A DNA stretch of 63,534 nt, the filler included, from Octopus bimaculoides (Eukaryota): NCBI RefSeq assembly GCF_001194135.2. It is 4 parts of 4 records of this genome, joined end to end, with 100 filler letters (N's around TTAATTAATTAA, not from the genome) between each part and the next. Parts side by side here need not be neighbours in the genome. Positions count along the whole stretch, not along the records: positions 1 to 21,391 come from NC_068993.1; positions 21,492 to 50,148 come from NC_069006.1; 2 more parts are not named here. One strand, given 5' to 3'. How positions within the stretch are numbered: position 1 is the first letter of the stretch; every line of letters begins with the position of its first letter. Below the pieces are notes generated by a model. It made no database searches. It saw only the letters and a list, made by a program, of their open reading frames with translations, and had not been told where the DNA came from. This document shows, in pieces, positions 12,224 to 24,925 of this stretch. Both the position numbers and the translations under genes were made by a program.

Positions 12224-12620
12224 GGCGCGGGAGTGGTTGTGTGATAAGAAGCTTGCTTCCCAACCACATGGTTCCAGGTTCAGTCCCACTGCGTGGCACC
12301 TTGGGCAAGTGTCTTCTACTATAGCCTCGGGCCGACCAAAGCCTTGTGGGTGGGTTTGGTAGACGAAACTGAAAGAAGCCCGTCGTATATATATATATAT
12401 ATATATATATGCATATATGTGTGTGTGCCTCCCCACCGTCGCTTGACAACCTAATGTTGGTGTGTTTATGTCCCCCGTAACTTAGCGGTTCGGCAAAAGC
12501 GACCGATAGAATAAGTACTAGGCTTACAAAGAATAAGTCCTGGGGTCGATTTGTTCGACTAAAGTGGTGCTCCAGCCTGGTCGCAGTCAAATGACTGAAA
12601 CAAGTAAAAGAATAAAAGAA
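12224..12620 (+). mobile_element. SINE group A, full length
   Basis: GGCGCGGGAGTGGTTGTGTGATAAG head, GGTTCAGTCCC B-box, internal (TA)n, TAAAAGAATAAAAGAA tail. Confidence 0.92.
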
Positions 12621-12662
12621 TAATATATACACACACATATATATATATATACACATACATAC

Positions 12663-12694
<32 letters not shown>

Positions 12695-13021
12695 ATGTAT
12701 ATATATATATGATGTAAAGCTAAACTGGAAACATCAACCAATTAACCAACATTTACATTAGTTATTAAAATAGAGCTTATTGGATGACACTCAGTGCAGT
12801 ATGCAGTGCTACGTTACTTTGCCAAAAAAAAATCATTTATACAGGACAGGAGTGGATAATGGAGAGTCGAGTATGACATCCGGTTGGGGATTCCCAACAG
12901 AAGCAATTTCATTTCTCTATTTTTATTTATTTGCTTACTCATCTATTTATTTTATAACAGAAATGGTTGGCAGTAGTGTCGCTGGTTACAAGATTCCAAA
13001 GAACCATTCAATGGTTTACTG

Positions 13022-13319
13022 CAGGGGTTTTCAAACTTTTTGACTTGCGGACCCCTTTATATTTCAGGTTTTACCGTAGGGACCCCCTTATAAACGCTTA
13101 TGAAATTTATACATAAATATTTGCTTAAAATAACATATATTTTTACATTTATTTATTTAACAGTATTTAACAAAATAGGTTTATTGTCAATTAAAAGATT
13201 TCGATTAAAAAACATATATAAAATCAAATTGCCCATAAAAAGTATTTGCTGTCCACGGACCCCCTGTCTTGTCCTTGCGGATCCCCTGTGGTCCGCGGAC
13301 CACAGTTTGAAAACCCCTG
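13022..13319. mobile_element. hAT MITE with perfect TIR and 8-bp TSD
   Basis: 16-bp perfect TIR CAGGGGTTTTCAAACT / AGTTTGAAAACCCCTG; GTTTACTG duplicated at 13014-13021 and 13320-13327. Confidence 0.95.
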
Positions 13320-13944
13320 GTTTACTGAATTTAATTGACAAGGCAGTAGGATCTATGATTTGATCGCTGCAGAACAAACATCTCAAGGAACTTCGTCTGT
13401 GAAGTCTTGTTTTTAAGTTTTCTATCTGACTGCATTTGCTGCACACACACACACACACACACAGTTATTACTCCTGATGATTTCACATTATCCCACGGTC
13501 ATCGTCTTTATCATAACGACAGTCATCAGTCTTTTTAACACTACCATCGATACCAGAATTAACACCACCCACGTCTTATTCATTTTTCAACTCTAGTTTT
13601 CATTGTTCCCTTCCTATTAACCCATCAACACGGCCATCCATACTATAAGTACTGACACAATATAAGCCCCCTCCCACATACCACCACCACCAACAACACC
13701 ACCAACAACAACAACAACAACAACAACAACAGTTCTCTTGTTAGTCAGCGCTCGACATATTGACGGTCGAAACAAAATACCTTTTGTTGGACTCATTGTC
13801 ATCATGAAACATACGCACACACACACATACATTAACTCACACACACACACACACACACATATACATGCGTATATGCATATCAACGTCTGTGTGTATACTT
13901 ACACGAACTTTCTCACACATATATGTCTGTACGTGTACAAACAT

Positions 13945-13996
<52 letters not shown>

Positions 13997-14117
13997 ACGC
14001 ACTCACACGCACATACGCGCGCGCGCGCATTAACATATATAACGTATGCACACAAACGCATACGATGAACTTTCGTTAATCAAATTAGAAAAAAAATCAT
14101 TAATAACAGAATAATAA

Positions 14118-14180
<63 letters not shown>

Positions 14181-15110
14181 GCGTGCGTGGTGTGGAGTGC
14201 GTGCGTGGTGTTGTTGCTGTTGTTTGCACGTGCTTGTCTCTGTGTGTGCGTGTGCGCTTGTGTCTATGTGAGTGTATGGTTGAGTCAGTTAAAGTTCCGT
14301 CTTGGCAGCAGAAGAGTCGACATCTGTTACTCCCATGCAAACCGACACCGTGCAATAATCGTGGCAGAAATACTTAGCTCCGATCATTTTTAGTCTTTGC
14401 ACGTCAAAAGATACAATGTTGTCCATAAGGATGTTATCCATATTGGATAGCTGTCCGAAGGTCCCTCGGGTTTGATAGGGAATTCCATGTTTAATCTATA
14501 TATACCGCGGATTGCTGTCTGTCAATGATTTAATTCTACAAGCAGTACCAGTATCGTCTTAAGGTATGAGTATACAAGATTTGGGGGCTTTATCGGTCTA
14601 GGGGGCTCAATTCTGATCTATGTGCGCTGTGGATTGTTGTTATAAATAAATAAATAGTATAGAGTTCACTGCATTGATTTCCCAAGAGACTTTATAATGT
14701 GGTTAAGTCAGCCCTGGGCTGCAATACATTGCCTTGTCTGGGAAAGGCAGGTGTGGCTTATGAGGGTTTTAAGGTGACACAAGAAAAATACCGAAGTATC
14801 AAAAGTTGTTGATTGCTAATCAGTAAGTTAAGTATAGTTTATAAGCTATATTTAGTTTAGAAAAATAGGAGAGTAGGACAGATAGCCTTTCAAAAAAAAT
14901 CACTCTGACAGGGAGAGAGAGAGAGAGAGAGAGAATCAAACGCGGTCATACATGAGACGCTATTGACAATCGGCTTATGTGAACGATGAAAACTGATAAT
15001 TATCAAAAAACGATAGGGTGACACACGCTTACATTTTTTCGAACTCTCTCTCTCTGTCTGTCTGTCTCTCTGTCTCTCTCTCTCTGTCTGTCTGTCTCTC
15101 TGTCTCTCTC

Positions 15111-15145
<35 letters not shown>

Positions 15146-15185
15146 TATCTCTCTCTTTTCTCTCACTCTCTCATTCTTTCTCTCG

Positions 15186-15217
<32 letters not shown>

Positions 15218-15744
15218 GTTCATTTATTCACTTATCTCTCTTTCCCTTTCTGTTCACTTATCTCTCTTTCTCTCTCTTTTGTTTACAAACAATCTCACAG
15301 TCTATTTAACTAAATCATTTACAAGAGCGCAACATTCTCTATTACTCTTATTTTCTTTGGAATTGCATTCTCTCATGTTCACATAATCGTAACCAAGCCA
15401 CAACATTAATCTCGTTTTCCTACGTTATTCTGTTTGTTTCTTTTCTTTGAACTGTCTAATTATTAAAGATAGTATATGGACATATAATTTACAGAGCTGT
15501 GACTACAGTGACTAGACTACATACAATCTGTTTGGGTGCAAATATATGTTGCTACAGAACAGGACACTATGCATACAACAGAGGACGCAAAGCAGAAAAA
15601 AAAAACGTAGGTAACACACATTCGTGCAGGTATGACTGTGTAGTTAAGAAGCTCATTTCGCAACCACGAGGATTTGGGCGCTTCGCGTTGACCAACTTCC
15701 TTGTTAGTAGAATTTGGATGATGAAAATTGTAAGTTGTCATAGG

Positions 15745-15782
<38 letters not shown>

Positions 15783-15807
15783 CGTGCATATATGTGTGTG
15801 TGCGTGC

Positions 15808-15849
<42 letters not shown>

Positions 15850-16774
15850 TTTAAAGAAAACAGAAAATGGAGAAATATTGATGAACAACAATTGACTTAC
15901 ATCAATTATTATTTATTAATTCAATACAAACAGACTGCATCCCATCTAACAGCTGTTTCTGCTTCCAATGTTGTATGGTATTGCCATTGATATGCCAAAA
16001 ATATTTATCATATTTGGTAATAATCCCGATCTGAAACATGGGGCTTCATCAGAGTAAAGAATAAATAAAGAAGATGAGCTTAGAGAGGACTTAACATCCC
16101 AAAGAGATACACAAAGAAATACACAAGCAAAATGGTATGATTACAACCTTATTCAACTTTCCCTTTTCTCTTCTATATTAAAACAGTAAGAGCTACCAAG
16201 AATGAAAAATAGTAGAAGAGTCATTGAATAGTGAGAGAGGTGTAAAGCATGAGGAATACTAGAAGTGTCATTGAATAGTGACATACGGGGCTGAAAAAAA
16301 ATTATATGCTAGTGTTCAGCCAATACGATCCACTACAATCCCTGAAAGCGGTGCTCTAGCATGGTCGCTGCTCAGACACAAAACCAGTAAAACAATACCA
16401 CTTCTAATTACATGTACATATAGACATCTATATATACGCCGCGCACAATTTCATATACCCACTACATAATTACTTAATATAGATCATACAAAATTACATA
16501 CACATAATACATCAAACTACCAAATAGCTAAAATGCATATAATTATATCAACATACACATAATTACAAATATACACTTGCATATATAATCACATTTACAC
16601 CCAACACATAATTACATATGTATAACTACATACAACTGCACATAATTACGTATAAATGACGTCATGACACGATCATAAATGAGGGTTTTTTTGTTGTTTC
16701 TTACAGATATATGGAGCGAGTTGGCAGCTGTGACATTCATGCATTTTCCAAAGTTTTAAAGGTGGAAAACAAAA

Positions 16775-17160
16775 GTGGGTGTGTGGTTAAGACACTTGCT
16801 TTGCAATCACGTGGTTTCAGTTCAGTTCTCCAGCGCAGCATCTTGGGCAAGATCTTCTATTATAGTCCTGGGTGGACCAATGCTGTGTGAGTGTATTTGA
16901 TAGACGGAAACTGTGTAGATGCCCTTCGTGTATGTGTGTGTGTATTTAAGCGGATGTGTATCTTTGTGATTGTGCTTGTTCCTCTCACCACTACCGCTTG
17001 CCAACCGGGGTTGGTTTGTTTACGTCGTCATAACTTGCCAGTTCTTCAGGAGAGACCGATAGAATAAGTACAGTGTTTACTGGAGTCGATTTCTTCGACT
17101 AAAAAAAGACCCTTGGAGGTGGTGCCCCAGCATCACCGTAGTTTAATGACTGAAACAATG
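16775..17160 (+). mobile_element. SINE group A, diverged full-length
   Basis: GTGTGTGGTTAAG head, CTTGGGCAAGATCTTC, GACGGAAACTG, GGTGCCCCAGCA..TGACTGAAACAA tail. Confidence 0.8.
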
Positions 17161-18419
17161 GAAAAAATATGGAATAAAGGTTTCCTTTTACTCGGCTCAA
17201 ACTACCACAATACAGCTCTAAATATGTAAACATTGAACTATACAGCACCGAAACTCCTCACAAACAGGGATGTCCTGAACTACTAACGCAGGCTCAAATT
17301 TCCTGAGAAACAATATGGCATGTAACAGCCACAGATATCATATTCACACTTACGTAAATAATACTACGTAAGTAAATCTATTTGGGGAACACGAATAAAA
17401 TATTTGTTTTCACGTGTGTTTAGCATTAAGAAACAAGGAAGTGGTTTTAGTTACCATCTCAGCGGCCACAAATGATTAGTGGCGAGGTAGCGCTGTGAAT
17501 AATAAAATACTTGACAGTGATAGGCTACCCCTACAATGGTGCTATATACGGATAGAGGAACTGTATCTTTTGTACACCAGTGTACAACCACGTTTTGCTA
17601 ATAGACCTTTTTGATTCCTATTTTATTTGGGTGGATCCTCATGCCTATTCAGTATTTCAAAAAAGTCCTGTAATAGTCTTATAATTAAATATTATTAGGA
17701 ATTGTATAAAATAATTGTTAAAATATGTTGTGTACTGTAGAAATATAACCAATTTATTACACAAAACATTAACAACAAAATCTTGTATAGACACCTGATG
17801 GTCAAATGGACCCAGTTGAGAACTACTGCTTAAGATCGTATTTTCGATTCCTGGACCGGGTAGCACTTCATGAAGTGCCTTGAGCGAAGCACTTTATTTC
17901 ACTTTGCAGCTGTCATACTATCAATTCTCCATAAGGTCAAAAGTGCTAAGGACGAGCGGGTGACTACGTAGGAGCCTAAAATAGTAAGCTAAAGCATGGT
18001 GCATACTACTAAGTTATATTTGCTAACGACTGACGGCTATAATTGATTATTCTTTATTTTGTTTATGTTTTCTTTTTGATCATACGTATCATCGTTAAAA
18101 CATGTACGAAATACAGAGACAGACAGAGAGAGACAGATCAATTACTTGGTGCATCAAAATTGTTTTTTCTTCTAAAAATCGTAACAAATCTAGTGGTGCT
18201 TGAAATCAGGACGAACTTAAAATACTGAACAACTTTTTTTATAATGTGGAGGAAAACCAGATTCTTCGTAGCTCGGCTTTCACAAGAAGGCCAGAAATTA
18301 TTTCACGAATAAGATACTTACTGACTACCTACAAGACATACTATTTTTGTTGGCATATAAAAGTGGCTTGATTTCGCAAAAAAAATCACCCAGGTCCTAT
18401 ATGCGAAGTTGAACTTCCA

Positions 18420-18530
18420 AATGAATATTACAAGCATTATGAACTAAAAACGTTTTCTCTTGAATATGCACTGCTGAAATTAGGGTCCGTTTAATATACC
18501 CGCGCGTCTTTTATGCCATCGAATGCTGTA
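18420..18530. mobile_element. possible pogo/Tc1-type MITE end
   Basis: GGGTCCGTTTAATATACCCGCGCGTCTTTTATGCC..GCTGTA resembles tandem GCGTCTTATA subterminal motifs ending in TA. Confidence 0.3.
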
Positions 18531-18563
18531 AATGTTTCCCCAAACTACAATGCTGCTTATATA

Positions 18564-18830
18564 CAGGGTAATTCAAAATAAATAGTACAAAAAGAAAACA
18601 TGCATGTGAGTATTGTAATGAATATATTGCAAAAATACAGACGTAACACGAAAGGTTAACTCTTCAAGTTTCTGCTGATAGTCACAGATGTTCAATGTAG
18701 GTGCCCATTGCCACACGGCAGACGTCTACAAGATAGTCTAGTTCTTGTCACACCCGTACCAGCATAGCCTGGTCATTTGAGTCGACCACATTACTTACAG
18801 AATTTCGAAGTCATCCTTAATTGAATAGAA
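18564..18830 (-). mobile_element. Tc1/mariner 3' end
   Basis: minus translation AMLVRV*QELDYLVDVCRVAMGTYIEHL*, typical transposase C-terminus; TA + CAGGGT terminus at 18562-18569. Confidence 0.8.
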
Positions 18831-18957
18831 CCTTATCAACCAGGGAGGGTCTGATAGGGCTTTCAAGGTTTACACACACGAACACACACACACACGAACA
18901 CACACACACACGAACACACACAGACAGGTAGACAGGTAGACAGACAGACAGACAGAC

Positions 18958-18989
<32 letters not shown>

Positions 18990-19281
18990 GCATACATATT
19001 GTTTGTGGTAGATCGGCCTGTTTGTGTATATTGTATGTGTGTTTATTTACTGTTTGGTAGAGTACATATTTATTAATTTTTACAAAGGAAAGATTGATAG
19101 TGACTTCAAAGTTTCGGTTTACCAGCCGTCGTCGAACTCATAGCGTATGCTAACTCCATACTGCAAAGTTAATTTTTTTTTTTTTTGTAAAATTAATAAA
19201 AATGTACTCCACTAAAAAATATTGAGTGGCTTTTCAATATTATGTTAAATTGCTTTTATTCATAACTACATTAAAAACAAA

Positions 19282-19322
<41 letters not shown>

Positions 19323-19794
19323 GCTTCAATGTGTGCGTGCACGCGCGTGTGTGTATAGAGAGGTAGAGGCAGAGAAAGGAGAATGAGCGAGAGAGAGAGA
19401 GGGAGAGAGAGAAAGAGAGACAGAAATAAATAAATAAATAAATAAATAAATAAAGTGGGAGAGAGAAAGAGAGTTGGTAATTAGGTGGAGCGAGAGAAAT
19501 TGAGAAGAGAAAGCTTATATTAATAAACGGTAAGAGGAAAACAACAGAAAGGCGATGGTATTTACACACACACACATACCCATACCCGTACATACACATA
19601 CACACACATACACGTACATGCACACATAAATATAGGTGTGTGTGTGCATGAGTGTGTATGTCCCTTTATGTGTGTGTTTGTATGTATGTGTGTGTGTTTT
19701 CATGTGTCTGTATGTATGCGAGTAGGCAGTGTATGTGTATAGGAATAAAAATGACAGAAATGAAGTGAAAGAGAAATAATGACGGTTAATATCA

Positions 19795-19811
19795 AATATG
19801 AGAGAGGGAGA

Positions 19812-19842
<31 letters not shown>

Positions 19843-20135
19843 GACAGACAGACAGAGAGAGACAGACAGACAGACAGAGAGAGAGAGGGAGAGAGAGAGA
19901 GAGACAGAGAGACAGAGAGACAGAGAGACAGAGAGACAGACACAGAGAGAGAGACAGACAGAGAGATACAGACAGACAGACAGAGACAGACAGAGAGAGA
20001 CAGACAGATAGAGAGAGAGACAAAGACAGAGAGATGGGGAGGGAGGGAGGGAGGGACAGAGAGAGAGAGAGGAAGAGAGATATGGAGAAAGAGATGGATA
20101 GAGATGCAGGAAGTGATGGGAGAGAGAGAGGTGGT
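19795..20135. repeat. compound (GA)n/(GACA)n microsatellite
   Basis: visible. Confidence 0.9.
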
Positions 20136-20519
20136 GAGAGGGAAGTAGAACGAGAGAATGAGATGGAGAAGAAGAGTGAGAGACGATGAAGGAAAGACAC
20201 GAGAAGAATGAAGTGAAAAGAAAGAAGGACACGAAAGAAGAGTGGAAGAGAGAAAAGTCAAAGATGGAATGGTTCGTAGACAGCTGTTAGACAGTTTCTC
20301 AATGTTTTTATTATTTTTAATGACTTTGATGTAATGACTATCAAAATATCCAAATAGCCCTACCCCAGATTAATTTCAAACAACCAGCTTTTCCTTTAAT
20401 GAATAATTTCAATTTTATATACTGACTAATTTATTTTTATTGCTCCATTAATTAGCCAGGCGTGGTGGGATTATGTGTTTTTTTTTTCTTTTTTAAATAT
20501 TTCTTTCGTATTTTCCAAT

Positions 20520-20920
20520 GATTAATTAGTGAAAGGGAAGTGGTAAGGTGGTAAAGTGTTTAGATATTTGAACGGATGCCCATGATGGTTGAAATTCGTG
20601 CGGTCGGTGTCCAGTTTTGTTTGAACAGTTATAAGTCAATATTCAGAGAATGGAAAATGTAAGGAAAGAAGGTATTCTAGAGAGGAAAAGAGTGAGTGAG
20701 TGAAGTAGTCAGTGGAGTATCTAGAGGTGTGATGTCATTGATGTGTAACAGGAAGAAAGGTGGACAGCTTTGCAAGTATGCATTTAGATAGTTCAGAGAA
20801 ACGTACGTATGTCGTAAGTCGTATTAAAAGAAGCGGAGCGATGAGGCAGTGTGGTGACAGTGCAGAAAGAGCGTGTAAGCAGCGTCAAAGCAGTGTGGAA
20901 AAATCAGAGCCCATTCAACA
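20520..20920 (-). mobile_element. very old LINE (CR1/Jockey-group) C-terminal relic
   Basis: fragmentary minus translations RALIF.., TASSLRFF*Y, L*LFKQ resemble the post-RT region; many stops. Confidence 0.3.
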
Positions 20921-21070
20921 AAACCCGGTGTGCTTTTAGAAAAACTATGATTATCTCAAATGGGAAGGAAGGAAAAGATCGCGAAATGGGGGAGGGACAG
21001 AAATATGAGAAAATGAAATTTTTTGGAGAAAAACAAATCTTGCCGTATCATAATATAATTCTCATTGTAA

Positions 21071-21271
21071 GGCGGCGAGCTAGCAGAAACGTTAGCAGTA
21101 TTTAGTCTGTCTTTACGTCCTGAGTTCAAATTCCGCCGAAGTCGACTTTGCTTTTCATCCTCTCGGGGGTCGAAAAATTAAGTACCAGTTGAGTACTGGG
21201 TCGATCTAATCGACTGCCACCCCCATCTCCCCAAAAATTTCGGGTCTTGTGCCTAGAGTAGAAAAGAATAT
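21071..21271 (+). mobile_element. SINE group C
   Basis: GGCGGCGAGCTAGCAGAAACGTTAG head, GAGTTCAAATTCC B-box, AGTACCAGTTGAGTACTGGG body. Confidence 0.85.
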
Positions 21272-21391
21272 AATTCTCATTGTATGAAACACGGGAATAA
21301 ATAAAAAGCGTTGAAAAAAAAATAAAAAGGGAAAATATCCAATATTTTCTCGCTAAGATAGTTATAGGGATACCAAAATCTCTTAATCCCC

Positions 21392-21491
21392 NNNNNNNNN
21401 NNNNNNNNNNNNNNNNNNNNNNNNNNNNNNNNNNNTTAATTAATTAANNNNNNNNNNNNNNNNNNNNNNNNNNNNNNNNNNNNNNNNNNNN
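21392..21491. other. artificial scaffold join N44-TTAATTAATTAA-N44
   Basis: 12-mer at 21436-21447 centred in exactly 100 bp; gives stops in all six frames; identical at 50149 and 62186. Confidence 0.95.
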
Positions 21492-21525
21492 TATATGTAT
21501 ATATATATATGTATATATATATATG

Positions 21526-21572
<47 letters not shown>

Positions 21573-22949
21573 ATGTATATATATATATGTATATATGTAT
21601 ATGTATATATGTATATGTATATATGTATATGTATATATATATATGTATATATGTATATGTATATATGTATATATTTGTATATATGTTTGTATACATACGT
21701 ATCCCGATACGTACGCGTAAAGTATGCAGGCACGCGTGTATTTTTATGTATCTTCATGTTTATATATATGTTTGAGAGTAATATAAGTTCGAAATTTCTG
21801 TGGTACGTAAATGCATACATATATATACGCACGTACATAAACACATGCATACATGTGCGCGCGTGTATGTGTGTGTGTNNNNNNNNNNGGGGGGGGGGTA
21901 CGTGGCTTAGTAGTTGTGGTAATCGGTTCACATTCGTAAGGTCGAGTGTTCAATTCAAAGCGATAAGTTGTGTGTATGATACATATATACGACGGCTTTT
22001 TTTCATCGTTTTGGAGAAAGAGTAAAAAAACTCTAAGGGTAGGTCTTTGTCTTCTTTTCATTTTTCTCACATATGATTTCGCTGTTTTTCTCAAAGCAAC
22101 CATAGTCAATAGCAGTATTAAAATCAAAATCATGTGCACCTCCTCCATGTCACGTCTAAAGCGCATAGACATCAGGCGTCTTTAGGTTCTTGAAAGACGA
22201 CTGTCATAGAAAACGATTATAATATCCACTACTTCAACGTAAGTTGATCCGCTGAGGATATTCAACACTTGTTAAACACTGACCGTTAGCAACGTTATCA
22301 CTAAATATCGCTACACCTCCGTATGAAAATGATCCGACTGACGAATTTGAAATATATACATTTACCAAACTACTAAAAACTGTACTTTGTTAATAAATAT
22401 TTTTCAATTTCTCTTTACTCACAGTACTTCTGTGAGTTTTTAGAAATACTGCTGGAAACTACATGAAAATATACAACTCCCATTGGACAATCAGTAGCTG
22501 GCAGTAAGCAGCTGCTATCACTTCTAGAGAATATCTAGGATTTAGCTGTAGCGAGTGTGGTAATAGTATGTACATATCAAAATCTTGAAGGAAAATGTAC
22601 ATCTATAACTTGCGATATAGAAATGGAGATTTGCATACTATCATCATATACCAGAAATAATAGTTTCCCTGCAGCAAACTTTTGTTTAAATGAAAACCTG
22701 ACTAAAACAATTGGATTTCTAAATTTAAGCTTTTAAAATAAATAAATAAAAAATCCAAAGAAGTCAAGATGGTGATTGAAAACTTTCATTATTGGTAAAG
22801 TTTAAAAGAACATGTATCGATTCTTAAACGAGCTGATATTAACCACAAGTTTATTTTTAATATCCAAGCTATATTTGAAAGAATAAAAGATTTAATCTTC
22901 GTGAAATCGTTTTAATTTACATTGGTCAAAAATATGAAAAAGAATTCCA

Positions 22950-23350
22950 TTCGGATTGCCTGATAATAGCCAAATACGAGGAACAAATTCTACACAAATT
23001 TCAACATTAAACAATTGCATAGTCATCGAAGAAACTTTAACGGGAGCTGTAGGAAAGCTGCATAATGTTAAGACATCAAGGAAAACCTTAATTGTTGGAT
23101 ACAGGTACAAAATATTGACGTTCTGCACGCAAGTCTAAAACAGTTTTAGAAGGCCAGATTGACATAGCAAATTGCTTTGTCATTGCACGAACCAATCCTG
23201 TAGCCAAGAATGAAAACACTGATTTGGCAGTGAACTATAGCCTTATTGATTTCCTCAGCAATATCTAATAAACTTTACACAAGCTGTCTCAAACGACTTC
23301 TCTAAGACCATTCCGAGTCCAACAAGATAGTGACTGATGAGCGGGGAAGG
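22950..23350 (+). mobile_element. R4/Dong-like (RLE-clade) LINE reverse transcriptase relic; may extend left to ~22420
   Basis: frameshifted translation EETLTGAVGKLHNVKT..ARTNPVAKNENTDLAVNYSLIDFLSNI..KIVTDERG mirrors the T.LIPK..NYRPI.CL..EQ.G RT N-terminal motifs. Confidence 0.6.
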
Positions 23351-23769
23351 TGGAATGAAGGGATCGGGTGGATGAGCTCTACAACGTTTGATAAATTTAA
23401 CCTAAAAGAAGAAAATACTATAGAAAATTTATGATTTGAACACAGAAATGCTTTACATTCTATTCTCAATCCCTGTTGCGGTAGTTACCTCCCTTGTCTG
23501 AAATAGCTTCTGATAAGCTGCAACCATTAAAAAAGACTTGAGCGACGATCTTCCCACTTGTATTTAAAAGCAAACAAGTGTCTCCCACGTAACAAATTTT
23601 TCAAACGAAAATTCTAAGGAGATGGTCAGTTAGTAAGTACGTCTATATCCGCACTAATCCGATGACATGTACTTTAGAAAACTCTATCCGTTATTTTTTA
23701 AGGCCTACAACAGTAAGAAACATCAATGTATCTTTCAACTTCGCAGTAGAACAGAGCGGAGTGGAGTAA

Positions 23770-23880
23770 TGTTAAATAAAGTGTTTTACTCTCCAACACA
23801 AAGCGCAGTCGGTCTCTAAATCACACCCACGATCTCACGATCGTGAGGGCAATATTCTATCCACTGGGCCACGCGCCTTC
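23770..23880 (-). mobile_element. SINE group B head, diverged
   Basis: reverse complement AAGGCGCGTGGCCCAGTGGATAG..CACGATCGTGAG..AAAACACTTTATTT. Confidence 0.65.
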
Positions 23881-24357
23881 GTATATTATAACTTTACATT
23901 TCTTCCCTACAATTTCCTTCTCTTCTTTCTTATTTGATCTTCCTTTCTATCACGTTCATTTGTTTTCTCAAACGACGCCATTTTTCTTTACTCGTATGTC
24001 CTTACATTTCTTCAAATTTACATATTTTTTATCTTTTTCTTTTCTGTTCAAGACACATGTTGTGCATTTCTGCATTTAGTGCATTTCATAGATTTTATAC
24101 AAAACTATATTTTTATTTCCTGTATATGTGTATATACTAATTTACGTATATATATNNNNNNNNNNNNNNNNNNNNNNNNNNNNNNNNNNNNNNNNNNNNN
24201 NNNNNNNNNNNNNNNNNNNNNNNNNNNNNNNNNNNNNNNNNNNNNNNNNNNNNNNATATATATATCTATGTATGTATGCATATATGTATGTATATGTCCA
24301 TAAGCATGCATGTAATTATACGTACCACTCAAACCCTCAGCAGTCTTTCTTACTTAC

Positions 24358-24442
24358 AAATCTTTAATGTACAAACAGATTTTCTCTGTTCAAAGTCTTG
24401 TACGGAAAACCTCAAGTCGTGACCATCCATGAAATTTGGTAC
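24358..24442 (-). CDS. candidate internal coding exon (85 nt, phase 0-1): VPNFMDGHDLRFSVQDFEQRKSVCTLKI
   Basis: TCTTTTGTCATATCTTTCTCTAG| acceptor, TTT|GTAAGT donor, only one open frame, unique high-complexity sequence. Confidence 0.4.
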
Positions 24443-24742
24443 CTAGAGAAAGATATGACAAAAGACCATACATCATAATCTGACGCCTTCCAAAGAATAT
24501 TTGCTAAACACACTATTAATATGGTAATCGCTCCAGGGAGGCGCTATGCTGTCGCTTGACCCGCTAGAAATTGCAGCTATGTCTTCCGCTAATGGCGTTT
24601 AGTAAAAAGAAAAGAAAAAAAAAACAAATGACGGATATGACATCTAGCGAGAAGAAAGGTGTGATGGCTACGATTGGAATGTCTTTTGAACATAAATGTA
24701 TTTGATCAGAGATTTTTTGAGGTGTATTATAATTCCTTATAT

Positions 24743-24925
24743 CTTTTACTTGTTTCGGTCCATAGACTATGGCCATGCTGGGGCACCACCTTGGAGAATG
24801 TTTAGTCGACGGGATGGATTCTAGTACTATTTTTATTTTAAGCCTGGTACTTGCTATATTAGACCCCCTTGCCGTACCGCCAGATTACAAGGACGTAAAC
24901 AAACCTACATCGGTGGTGGGAACAA
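24743..24925 (-). mobile_element. SINE group A 3' half, diverged
   Basis: CTTTTACTTGTTTCGGTC..GGCCATGCTGGGGCACCACC..GGACGTAAAC. Confidence 0.75.

Noticed and set aside
21436-21447. TTAATTAATTAA as a biological palindrome or homeodomain site
   Set aside because: Centred in identical N44 pads three times; assembly spacer
22423-22700. Minus-strand exon candidate with GTGAGT donor
   Set aside because: In-frame stops upstream, and the region is contiguous with the plus-strand R4-like LINE relic
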